From NCBI RefSeq assembly GCF_000315625.1, contig NW_005434670.1, positions 1-40,242 on the forward strand: a stretch of DNA of 40,242 bases, in the 5' to 3' direction. The translations under genes and the position numbers were made by a program. Below, one piece after another: positions 1 to 8,922 of this stretch. Position 1 is the first letter of the stretch; each line of letters begins with the position of its first letter. Source of the stretch: Guillardia theta CCMP2712 (taxonomy: Eukaryota > Protista > Cryptophyta). The notes beneath the pieces were generated by a model. That model did no database searches. It had not been told where the DNA came from and was given only the letters and a program-made list of their open reading frames with translations.

Positions 1-100
1 GATGTGACTTGATTCCCCTCTTGATCGCTTGCCGCTTCCTTGGCGCCCTGGCGGCTTCCCCTACACCTGGCAGGGAGCCATGCTGCCGAAAATAACGGCG
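1..100 (-). mobile_element. 5' leader of a further, more distal telomeric retroelement (family D); the rest lies outside the window
   Basis: cgcttgccgcttccttggcgccctggcggcttcccctacacc...gccatgctgccgaaaataacggcg aligns by eye with the 5' leader of the ORF1-only elements (about 13409-13485) and directly abuts CCCTAAA repeats. Confidence 0.75.
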
Positions 101-117
101 CCCTAAACCCTAAACCC
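101..117 (+). repeat. Interstitial telomeric repeat (CCCTAAA)2CCC
   Basis: Read directly; followed by (TAT)5 at 118-132. Confidence 0.9.
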
Positions 118-3100
118 TATTATTATTATTATCTCTTGTTGCTGGAGGACATACCCTATTCGCATGGTTCTATTTTTTCTGCTCTGTGTGACGTCTCCTT
201 CAATAGCTGCTGTGAAATGCCTTCCGCCTTGGTGATCGCTGCGCGGCTGGATCTGACCCCTTCGTTGGTTACACATCTCCTCATACGTTGGGAGGATGTT
301 GTCATGAAGCTGAGCTCTGAGGTATGTTGGGAATGTGTGCTTGACGAGTATCCATAGCTCCTCTAACGTTTTCATCAGGCAACGATTCCCTGTTCCCCAA
401 AAGTTTGCTGCGTATGCTATCTGAGCGCCTTTCGGGATCCGGCTGATAATTTCGAAGCCTTCTGGTATCTCATCAATGTTATTCTTCCATCCTATCAGAA
501 TGACATGTATTGTGTTTTGCAGGATGTGCTCGCGAAATCTCTTTTGTTTATCTATCCAAACCACCACTCGTTGCAGTTCCTTTGCTCTCTTGTTGCTCAG
601 AGCCTGGGGATGCGTGTGTAGTGTCGGCCAGTTACGAAATGTACTGATGTCACAATCTGTGATCTCTGCTAGGTGTTGTAAAAACTCGTATGCCAATGGT
701 TGTGTTGTTTCTTGGCGAACCTCTGATACTACCTCTTCGAGTTGTTGCCACCATGCTGTAGCTTCTGTTTCGCCGTCGTCCAACATATTGACTATTTCCA
801 GCAACAGATGGATACTTTGATTGCATTCTCTTCGGTGATTCCCGTCTTCTTCTTCCTTTGTTGCAGATGTGAAGGGAGCCGAGTCCAGCGACGCTTCCAC
901 CCATTCTATTGGTGGGTCCGAGGTTGTGTTTACTCCTGTGTGGGGCGGCTCAAAGATAGCGATGTCTCCATGAACTTTGAAAGGTATGTGCCCTGAAGTG
1001 TAGCAGAATCTTTCTCGCTGATTCTTGTCATCCCCATAGTAAGTAGCGTCATGTTGGAGGAGCTCCCTCAAAATCTCCCGGGTATGAGCCCTCCTATTTG
1101 TTTCCTCTCTCCCTTGGTCCGGTCTGGCTAGTTTCGTGGGTGGCAGGAGCTCGTGTGGGCTAGCCTCCCTTTTTCCTTTCCTTCTCTTGTTTGAGGGCTT
1201 CCCTTCCTCTCTGGCTGGCCTTCTTCTCTTCCCTGTTCCTGCCTGCTCTTGACCGAGTTTTGCCCAGATGACGTTCACTTGCAGATATCGTGCAAGGATT
1301 TCTTCTGCCTGTTCCCGTTGCTTTGGGAATGGCCAGAGTCGAATGGGTAGGTGCAGGGAGATGCCTTCGGTATCTGGAACAGGTAAGATATTTGTTAGGT
1401 AGTGATAGCCTACTTGGGGTAATTTTCTCCATGCCTTAGCAAAGCTCTCCCAGCCTTGCCGAGCAGGAGATGTACGCAGGGATTGTTCTTCTGGGAGCAG
1501 GGAGTTTTCTTCTGAGAGCATCTTGTCTTCAATGTCGTGTAGCATAGCTATTGTCCCCGGTCTCATCTTGCTTTCAATCATTTCCCAGCTGATAGTTGTC
1601 TGCATTTTCTCCGCTACCCATATTGCGAGTCGTTCTGGGCCCCTTATCTCTTCGATCTCGTTGAGTCTGCCCGATCTGATTTCTCGTTGTACTTGGCTTA
1701 TTGTTTGGCACCCCCATTGGTTGCACCATGATGTTAGTTTGTGGATCAGACTGCTTTTGATATCATCATCCACCCTGCATTTCTTATTCGTTTCTTTCTC
1801 TAGATACCGAATCGCCGCCCTTCCCAAGATGGGTGCTGGATGGGGGAGTTGGAGGCCTCCTCTGTCCCAAGGTAGGCGAAAAATCGCATTGCTTGTGCTC
1901 TTACTCAATCCCATAGCTCGTTTGAACGCTCTGGTCCAGAGGTTATCCAAGGTTTGTAAATCTTTCCACGTCCAGCTAACGAGTACCGCCGAGTATCGAA
2001 AGATATTCACGATACCTACTTTGACTAGGTAGTATTTCTGGGCTGCAGAGTAGGCCGATGATTCAATCAGGTTTGTCAGTTCCCTGGTCTTTTCGAAGAT
2101 ATGCTCCTTCTCTCCCCACGTGAAGGGGCAGGTGTGCACCCTGTTGCCTCTTCCTCCTGATCGCCACAAGCTGATTCGAATCCCTAGATATTTGAACCAT
2201 TTCGTCGGTGGTAGGTTCACAAACTCCTTGTCGAAGAACTTGATGTTTTGCGTCCCCGGGATCTCCCTCTTGAGCCGATAATCAAAGCTGGTGATTTCAG
2301 ATTTCTTCGTGTTCAGTTCTAATCCACTCCATCTACAAAATCGCTCTACCACTTGAACTAGTGTTTTCATTTCCCTCACTGAGTTGGCTATCAGTACAAG
2401 GTCATCTGCGAATGACAGGTTGTTGGGATGCTGAGTTTGTTGTTGATCGAGTTGTCTGGACAGGATGCTGAGCAGTAGATTTGTTTTGGGAGGACTTGCA
2501 GGACTGCCTTGAGGTAATCCCCTGAGAAGCGGGATGGCTGCCGTTTCGAACCTCTCTGTTTGAATCTGCAGTGCTATCCCTTTGCTGCCGCTGATTACCA
2601 CGTCTACATCACGCTGATGGAAGCCATATACTTCCATGATTTTTGCGATGGATTCGACTGCCACGTTGTTAAAAAAGTTTGCAAAGTCAAGGTATAACAG
2701 GATGAGGGTGTGTTGATTGCTCTGAGCCTCCTCGATGATGTTGAGTAGACGATGGCCCTGCCTGATCGTCCCTCCCTCTGGTCTGAAACCTTCCTGGTTG
2801 TTCGTCAGCAGCTTATGTTTTTCAGCTGCTTTCGCGAGTCTGTGCGCTATGACCGCCTGGAAGATCCGCGTCACCGAGGAGAGGACGCATATAGGTCGTT
2901 GGTTCTCCAGGACATGACAGAGCTCATTTTTTGGTAAGAGCCTGACCCTTGCCAGCATATTCAACATCTTTTTGTCTCCTGTCAAAGCTTTGCTGATTAC
3001 TTCCCCTATCTCCTCCTTTGCGCTATCAGGTAGAGCTTTCAGGATCTCATTTGAGATCAAATCCATGCCTGCTGCCTTGCGGTTGGATAATCTTTGGATC

Positions 3101-4215
3101 CAGACCTGAATCTCTCCTGGCTCCAGCGGGTATGCTATTTCTATCTCCCTGGTCTGATATTGATTGATTTGATCTGGGGGGTCGAAGTCCGGTGGTTTGA
3201 TGGAAGTGAATAATTGACAGCTTTTGCAGAAGAAGAGGATCTTTGGTTCTTTGTTTTCCTGACGTCTGTCGTACAGCGGAATCATTCTTCCCTTTGTTTG
3301 ACATTCAGCCCGTGCGCATGTTCCGTTCAATGTACAGCCGTTCACTGCAAAGAAGGTTGCCGTGTGGGTTTCATCTTCGAGGTCTCTTGCCAATCTCATG
3401 GGGATGAATTGCTCGATGTTTTTGTATCCTACTAAGCGCCACCCTCCTGGCTGCCCCCGGGTGATCAGTCCTCGGATGATGGGTACGATTGCGTGTGCAG
3501 GCGCCAGAGTTATGGACAGCTTTTGTGTTGCCTGGTTTCTCGCCCCGAGAGTCTCGACGTGTAGCATGGTTTGATGTCTTGCATTCCAAAAGGTTTTGCT
3601 TGATTCTTTGGAGCTGCTTTGTAAGAATGTTTCGATTAACGGGTTCAGTTCTTGAAGATATGCTGTCTCCGGCTGTTGCAGCGCTGGCTGGAGATCCCTC
3701 CATGACGTAAGTTCGATTGTATTTGGGTGGCACTTCTCTGACAGTTGACTCAGCATTGGGGCTTTGGGCTTAAAGTCTGACTTCTTGCCCATTGCATTTT
3801 GAGACTCTTTACTCCCTATCGTCCCCAAGCGTCTTCTTCGTTCGTCGCAAGTTTTCAGAAATATCTCTTGGTCCTGTGCTGCGCAGATCTCTTTGAATTT
3901 GGTCATCTTCTCTCTTATTTCTGCGTGTAAGCTTGACTCCTTGTGTGCCCGATCAATAAAGTCGGGAATTTCTGATGCGCTTCTCAGATCCCTTTGAAGT
4001 TGCTTGAGTTTCCGTTTCAGATCCATCTGAATCTTAGATGCATGTCGTTTACCGCCTGAGCCTCGTAGGGGGATTTCCTTGGTGGGGAGGGCTGTTGTTA
4101 TCAGTTCGAGAATGTCCAAGTCTTGGTGTAGGGCTTTTGCCGCTGTTATCTTCTCATCCAGTGCTATTGCCCATTCTACACCTAATCTTCCTGATAACTT
4201 GTCCATCTCGACCAC
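103..4215 (-). CDS. Non-LTR reverse transcriptase part of pol, with a Cys cluster upstream of the RT domain
   Basis: RT motifs KAAGMD, RPICVLS, QEGFR, LDFANFF, GLPQGSPASP, FADDL, GLELNTKKS, FKYLG, LPWDRGGLQL. The frame runs through the tail and stops only inside the telomeric repeat. The GTG start is probably not the true start. Confidence 0.93.
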   Translation of the reverse strand: MVEMDKLSGRLGVEWAIALDEKITAAKALHQDLDILELITTALPTKEIPLRGSGGKRHASKIQMDLKRKLKQLQRDLRSASEIPDFIDRAHKESSLHAEIREKMTKFKEICAAQDQEIFLKTCDERRRRLGTIGSKESQNAMGKKSDFKPKAPMLSQLSEKCHPNTIELTSWRDLQPALQQPETAYLQELNPLIETFLQSSSKESSKTFWNARHQTMLHVETLGARNQATQKLSITLAPAHAIVPIIRGLITRGQPGGWRLVGYKNIEQFIPMRLARDLEDETHTATFFAVNGCTLNGTCARAECQTKGRMIPLYDRRQENKEPKILFFCKSCQLFTSIKPPDFDPPDQINQYQTREIEIAYPLEPGEIQVWIQRLSNRKAAGMDLISNEILKALPDSAKEEIGEVISKALTGDKKMLNMLARVRLLPKNELCHVLENQRPICVLSSVTRIFQAVIAHRLAKAAEKHKLLTNNQEGFRPEGGTIRQGHRLLNIIEEAQSNQHTLILLYLDFANFFNNVAVESIAKIMEVYGFHQRDVDVVISGSKGIALQIQTERFETAAIPLLRGLPQGSPASPPKTNLLLSILSRQLDQQQTQHPNNLSFADDLVLIANSVREMKTLVQVVERFCRWSGLELNTKKSEITSFDYRLKREIPGTQNIKFFDKEFVNLPPTKWFKYLGIRISLWRSGGRGNRVHTCPFTWGEKEHIFEKTRELTNLIESSAYSAAQKYYLVKVGIVNIFRYSAVLVSWTWKDLQTLDNLWTRAFKRAMGLSKSTSNAIFRLPWDRGGLQLPHPAPILGRAAIRYLEKETNKKCRVDDDIKSSLIHKLTSWCNQWGCQTISQVQREIRSGRLNEIEEIRGPERLAIWVAEKMQTTISWEMIESKMRPGTIAMLHDIEDKMLSEENSLLPEEQSLRTSPARQGWESFAKAWRKLPQVGYHYLTNILPVPDTEGISLHLPIRLWPFPKQREQAEEILARYLQVNVIWAKLGQEQAGTGKRRRPAREEGKPSNKRRKGKREASPHELLPPTKLARPDQGREETNRRAHTREILRELLQHDATYYGDDKNQRERFCYTSGHIPFKVHGDIAIFEPPHTGVNTTSDPPIEWVEASLDSAPFTSATKEEEDGNHRRECNQSIHLLLEIVNMLDDGETEATAWWQQLEEVVSEVRQETTQPLAYEFLQHLAEITDCDISTFRNWPTLHTHPQALSNKRAKELQRVVVWIDKQKRFREHILQNTIHVILIGWKNNIDEIPEGFEIISRIPKGAQIAYAANFWGTGNRCLMKTLEELWILVKHTFPTYLRAQLHDNILPTYEEMCNQRRGQIQPRSDHQGGRHFTAAIEGDVTQSRKNRTMRIGYVLQQQEIIIIIGFRV

Positions 4216-5453
4216 CCTTTTCTTTCGTCGAGGAATTGCTTCTCGATCTCTCCTTTGCGGGAGAATTTCAATCTTTGGGATGGCTTGCTCACCTCAGCAT
4301 CGAGCGAGCTCACATTCACTACGAGTGCTCTGTGGTCGACGGCAGCTCCTATGATGCAGTCTTCTGCGGTCTGCGATATCAGGCTTACTGTGCGAGATGG
4401 ATGATGGAAAGCAAAGACATGATCCAGTTTCGCTTGGTGGTGACCCTGCTTGTACCATGTGGAGAAGGTGAAGTGTGTGCTGCTTCTGCACATCTTCTCG
4501 CAGGTGACTGTCTGGAATCGCCCAAGCTCATTTAAGACTTGCTCCATTTTCTCATCTGCACGGTGTACACTCGAATTGCTTCCGTATCCTATTCTCATGG
4601 GGATCTCTGGATGTTGTCGAGATGCATTGAAGTCGCCTCCGATGATGATGAGCTTGATGTTTGGGTCTGGCTTGAGCATCTGGCTTAGCGCCTTCCACAT
4701 GCTGTCTTGTTCCCCCTCCTCCGTCGCCACTGGCATATGAATGTTACACAAAAGTATGTTTTCTTTTTTTCGTGAGATCTGTAAAACTTGTATTTTTTGT
4801 CTGTGTGCCCCCTCCAATGCTGTACCATTTGGCGAGGAGGGGGGGCGCGGGAGAAGGTCAGCATGCGCCAGTATCACAAGGCGTAGATCACTCTTACCCT
4901 TTCTCCCTAACCCTGTACCATTGGTCATAAACATTCGGTAACATCCCCATTCTTTCTTGATCATCATTCGGAGATCTGTTTCCTTTTTCTTACCACGCCC
5001 CACCCTGACTTCCTGCAACATGACAATAGATGGATGATACTTCTCAATCAAATATGCCAGGATGTGTTTCAGCACGAATTGACTGCATCCATTGACATTT
5101 TGAGAGATGATGTTGCCTGGAGCGTTGTCCTTCTTGTGGGTTTCCACCCATGTTGAGTGCACTGACCTATCGGTGGTAGCCTCGTGTGCGTTGCTGCTTG
5201 CTGTTAGGATTTGCTCCTCCGCCTCCGATGCCCATTGAAGGTGAGACGCGTGCCTCTCTTGCATCTTCGTTGGGGCTGATGGCTCCTCCTCCCCCCTAGT
5301 CTCCTTGTCGTGCTTCGAGTTTGTCTCTGCGTGCATGTCTGGTGGGGGGGAAGGTGGCTGGAGTGGAGAGACGGGGCATGGGGCGGGAGGTGGTGGAGGG
5401 GGGTATGGCAGGATGTCCCCCTGTGCTGACCTGTCTGGTATGTACACTACCAC
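4182..5453 (-). CDS. Apurinic-like (APE/EEP) endonuclease part of pol, preceded by a Pro-rich linker
   Basis: Motifs SQNVNG, MLQEV, NIHMP, GGDFNA, FTF, KLDHVF, DHRALV. Confidence 0.9.
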   Translation of the reverse strand: MVVYIPDRSAQGDILPYPPPPPPAPCPVSPLQPPSPPPDMHAETNSKHDKETRGEEEPSAPTKMQERHASHLQWASEAEEQILTASSNAHEATTDRSVHSTWVETHKKDNAPGNIISQNVNGCSQFVLKHILAYLIEKYHPSIVMLQEVRVGRGKKKETDLRMMIKKEWGCYRMFMTNGTGLGRKGKSDLRLVILAHADLLPRPPSSPNGTALEGAHRQKIQVLQISRKKENILLCNIHMPVATEEGEQDSMWKALSQMLKPDPNIKLIIIGGDFNASRQHPEIPMRIGYGSNSSVHRADEKMEQVLNELGRFQTVTCEKMCRSSTHFTFSTWYKQGHHQAKLDHVFAFHHPSRTVSLISQTAEDCIIGAAVDHRALVVNVSSLDAEVSKPSQRLKFSRKGEIEKQFLDERKGWSRWTSYQED

Positions 5454-6583
5454 CGGTATCCTATGAGAACAGCATACGCATTCCTCTTTTGCGTCATCTG
5501 AAGCTCGCCTGCGCGTTTTTGGCCATTCTCTCGCCTTTCCATCTGGTTAGGTCTACGTTCCATGGTGAGCTTTGCTGCTTGCCATTCCTTGTAGCCTGTT
5601 TCTTGCGCGTGTTGTAACGCTCTGCAGATGCATTGGATCGTTTCTCGCATGTGAACTTGTTCTAGACCCCCTCCCCAGAGCCCATCCAGCAGCAGGTGCC
5701 TTGTTCTCACGAGCCATTGTTGGTGTGGCGGGACGCCTTGTTGCCTACCTATGTTGAAGATATCGTGTTGTTGCGTCTGCTTTCGTGTCTTTGCGATCAG
5801 TAGCAGATGCAGTAGTACAAAAATTCCGCAGTTGTAGCCGTCCGTTTGTTGCAGTCCCGTTGACACACATGCCCTCCATGCCTTGTCGTCTTGTTCTTGT
5901 TGGTCGCTAATTGCCTCGGTGATGATCGTCGCCACGAGTGATGCTAGGTCCATTCGCTGTGCGCCCCCCAATTGAAACTGTGCATCCCTTTGACTTCTGA
6001 CTGTCCCCAGGTCTCTCTCCCCGGCCGTGTTGAGCGAGTCGACGATGTGTATTCTTTTTGTGTTGACATCTGCCACGATTAGGATCCAATGATTGCCGTT
6101 TTCTACGCATGGGAATAATAATGGTTGATCTGCTCCGGCTAACAGTCGCTTTGCTCTCCTTGCCCTTCCCTCCTGATCTCTCAAACCCGCTACTATTCTC
6201 GGGAGAACAATGGTCCCTCTCTGCAGCCCAAATTGGTTTCTAGTTTGCTCGCTGGCATACCTCGTGCCTTGGAGCCATGCTATTTGAAATCTGTCTTCCG
6301 CTGGTTCTAAATTTCGGTTTACCTCAACGATTAATGCCTCCATAACGTCCTCAGAGAGAAATCCATCTTCTCCTGAGTTGAGCAGCGCCGCTGCTCCGTA
6401 CTCTCTATTGTTTTCCCGTAGACTCCAGGGGATCTCCCCTATCAAGTCGAATGTTTGTATTTTTCTGTTTTTTGGATTTTCTTTGTCATTCTTTTTCTCA
6501 CCTTCTTGTCTCTTTCTGCTTGATTCCACCACGCCCTGGTGCCCACTGTCCCACCTGCCCTCTCCTCCTCCTCCTGCTTCCAT
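5447..6583 (-). CDS. Ulp1/SENP-like (peptidase C48) cysteine protease, N-terminal part of pol
   Basis: His-Asp-Gln-Cys signature NGNHWILIVAD...IHIVDSL...QQTDGYNCGIFVL; its ATG overlaps the ORF1 stop (TAATG). Confidence 0.85.
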   Translation of the reverse strand: MEAGGGGEGRWDSGHQGVVESSRKRQEGEKKNDKENPKNRKIQTFDLIGEIPWSLRENNREYGAAALLNSGEDGFLSEDVMEALIVEVNRNLEPAEDRFQIAWLQGTRYASEQTRNQFGLQRGTIVLPRIVAGLRDQEGRARRAKRLLAGADQPLLFPCVENGNHWILIVADVNTKRIHIVDSLNTAGERDLGTVRSQRDAQFQLGGAQRMDLASLVATIITEAISDQQEQDDKAWRACVSTGLQQTDGYNCGIFVLLHLLLIAKTRKQTQQHDIFNIGRQQGVPPHQQWLVRTRHLLLDGLWGGGLEQVHMRETIQCICRALQHAQETGYKEWQAAKLTMERRPNQMERRENGQKRAGELQMTQKRNAYAVLIGYRW

Positions 6584-8736
6584 TAGGCGTCAAGCGGCGC
6601 GGTTGGGGAGGAGTCAAGCGACATCTCTTCCACTTCTACCGCTCTGCTCCCTGCTTCGGGTGCATCTTCCACTCGCGCGTCTTCCATCTGTATCTCACTG
6701 CTCAAAACAAGTTTCAATTCGTTTCTGTCTCCCAGCATTCCTACGAGGGAGAGCGCCGTTTCCTCCAGGAATTTATTCAAAGCAATGAAGAGAAGGTCAG
6801 TTTTCAAGGGCTTCTCCTCATTTGGTGCGAAAGCGCTGCTCTTGCGTTTCGCTACCTTCCACGTATGCTTGCCTGCAATCACCCTGACTCGTTCACGCAG
6901 TCGCTTGCTCACGGCATTCTCTGCCGCGTTGGCACCCTTATCAGCCCACTCTTGTAGCGTGGGGAAGGATGCATTTCCTGGGCTCTCCGGAGCCATCTCT
7001 TGCACCGCGTCATCAAGATGGAGTTGAAGCTGCCCTTGCTGTTGCAGCTCGCTCCTAGTTAGGTCAGCAATAGTTTCCTTAAGTTCTTCGACGACCACGT
7101 CCGTTCCCGCATCTGGGAGGTTGGTTTCATTGATAATGGAACTGAGCTCGATCTCTTTCCACACAGTTCCCTCTGCTCTGGTCCCCGTCGTTTGTGACCT
7201 GGCCTCAGGGTTAGACTGATCGCGAGTTGCCTGAGGCGACACTTTGAGGTTCAGACTGCTCGCTGTCGTTTGGATTTCAACTGTGCCTTGCCAGCAGAGG
7301 AGCTGTGTGGGGAATTCAGCCATCATCTTTCTTGCACTACTTTCACTGCGTAGCCGGAGAATGATACCAGACCCATCCCAGATCCCTGTTTCTGGATCGC
7401 ATTGGAGGTGGATCCGTTGGAGATCTCTTTCCACCTGTGGATCAAAGCAAGCGACAGCCCTCCGAATGTTTCGGATGACTTTTGCTCTGCCCGTTTCGTC
7501 ACTTGCACAGATTTTTTCGATCTCATTTCGGGAGAACTTCCCTGACGGCACAGGAGAGGAGATTTGTACCGAGTACAGCATCTCTGCTCCCGTTGCCATT
7601 GCCGTGCCCTCTTGTCGCACCGCATTCTTCATATTCTTGTGCAGCGCCGTTGCTTCCATCTGCACTGAGAACCATTTCAGTATTTTGTCATTCTCTGAGA
7701 CCAGTCCCAAAGTGACTCCTGCACGATCCTTTCCATGTCGATCGAATGCTTGAAGAACGATGTCCGCTGCTTCAAGGCTCGAGCACGTTGCGATCCAGTC
7801 GACCTCTCTGTTCTGGTTGACTGTTTCTATTCCTACCGCAGCGAACACCTTCTTTGGCGGTAGGTTCCTCTTGGGGGGGAGGTTCACTGTCATTCCCGCG
7901 TTTGGGATCAGATCAATGATCGCTAATCCCTGCTTCAGGCATAGCTGCCTGTAGATCTCACATATGTCACCTGTGCTCGAATCGTTGAGCCTCAGGAGTT
8001 GGGCCACCTCAGCTAGGATTCCAACTCTGCCCATGTTCTCCTTCTTTGGCCGCATCTTGAACGAGATCGGTGGGTTGGCTGCTGGGTTCACTGCTAGAAT
8101 CCTCCTGCCTGCCACCTTGAAGGTACCCTCTCCTTTCCAGAGTTTCTCAGCCGCCTCATTGCGGACAAATGTGATCACTGCTGGGATCTCCGCTGCCTGC
8201 ACAAGGTCAGGCTTCAAGGGAGCCTTGAAGATCAGGCTCCTGCTGTCTTGCGTCTGATCGACGATCAAGCCTTGCTCTTCAAGCTTGAGGCATAAGTTTT
8301 CCACCTGTCTGGAAAAGTATGCAGGGATCCCAAGTACCTTCATGGTAATCGTCTGCACATTGGTGCCCTGATCATCATATGATCTGGCCTCCATCTGCCT
8401 TTGTCTGTCAGCTTGGAACTCTGACAGGTACCACTGCTTGACATCGTCACCCCACTGCCTGAGCCCTTTCGGATTCTCCAGTGACGAGGGTTCAGCAAAG
8501 CTGCATGTCTGACTGATGGCTTCGGCTAAGGCTTCCAAGGATATTTCTTTTGCTTTCAGAGCTTTGCTCGTCCTGCTTTTGGGGTTCTGCCTTGCGAATT
8601 CATCCAGTCTCCGCATCAGTTCGGCTGATGACGGCATCGTTGCAGCTTCCGTCTGCCTCTTGAGGTAGCTGGAGGTACGGTACTGCACGATCTCGTCAGG
8701 GTTCACAATAGATATTGGCCACATGTTTCGAAGCAT
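6583..8736 (-). CDS. ORF1 (gag-position protein, 717 aa) of family A
   Basis: First ORF after the leader; homologous along its length to the ORF1-only elements (FARQNPKSRT/FAKRYPNSRT, IFKAPLKPDL/MWKAPYRPEI, SGKFSRNE/SGRFTRKE, LLFIALNKF/LLFIALSKF). Confidence 0.85.
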   Translation of the reverse strand: MLRNMWPISIVNPDEIVQYRTSSYLKRQTEAATMPSSAELMRRLDEFARQNPKSRTSKALKAKEISLEALAEAISQTCSFAEPSSLENPKGLRQWGDDVKQWYLSEFQADRQRQMEARSYDDQGTNVQTITMKVLGIPAYFSRQVENLCLKLEEQGLIVDQTQDSRSLIFKAPLKPDLVQAAEIPAVITFVRNEAAEKLWKGEGTFKVAGRRILAVNPAANPPISFKMRPKKENMGRVGILAEVAQLLRLNDSSTGDICEIYRQLCLKQGLAIIDLIPNAGMTVNLPPKRNLPPKKVFAAVGIETVNQNREVDWIATCSSLEAADIVLQAFDRHGKDRAGVTLGLVSENDKILKWFSVQMEATALHKNMKNAVRQEGTAMATGAEMLYSVQISSPVPSGKFSRNEIEKICASDETGRAKVIRNIRRAVACFDPQVERDLQRIHLQCDPETGIWDGSGIILRLRSESSARKMMAEFPTQLLCWQGTVEIQTTASSLNLKVSPQATRDQSNPEARSQTTGTRAEGTVWKEIELSSIINETNLPDAGTDVVVEELKETIADLTRSELQQQGQLQLHLDDAVQEMAPESPGNASFPTLQEWADKGANAAENAVSKRLRERVRVIAGKHTWKVAKRKSSAFAPNEEKPLKTDLLFIALNKFLEETALSLVGMLGDRNELKLVLSSEIQMEDARVEDAPEAGSRAVEVEEMSLDSSPTAPLDA

Positions 8737-8810
8737 TCTCGATGGTTTCCCGAGCTTCCTGCGTTCCTGGCGACTCTTGCTCTACCACGCAGGGATCCCG
8801 CTGATCTGCA

Positions 8811-8922
8811 TGCCTCAGATAAAGGGATCCTCCTAAACCCTAAATCCTGCCTCAGATAAAGGGATCCTGCCTCAGATAAAGGGATCCTGCCTCAGATAAA
8901 GGGATCCTGCCTCAGATAAAGG
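8811..8922. repeat. 5'-terminal 20-bp tandem array of family A (TGCCTCAGATAAAGGGATCC), interrupted by CCTAAACCCTAAA
   Basis: One unit at 8811-8830, telomeric insert at 8832-8844, then 3 full units and 1 partial unit at 8848-8922. Confidence 0.92.

Larger units (their letters stand above)
118..8922 (-). mobile_element. Autonomous-type APE non-LTR retrotransposon inserted in telomeric repeats (family A)
   Basis: ORF1, protease, APE and RT in series on the minus strand; (TAA)n tail at 118-132 joined to TTTAGGG repeats; 5' 20-bp tandem array. Confidence 0.92.

Noticed and set aside
118-8922. LTR retrotransposon, Penelope/Athena element or telomerase gene
   Set aside because: APE domain, LINE-type RT motifs and a 3' simple-repeat tail; no LTRs, integrase, GIY-YIG or TERT motifs seen
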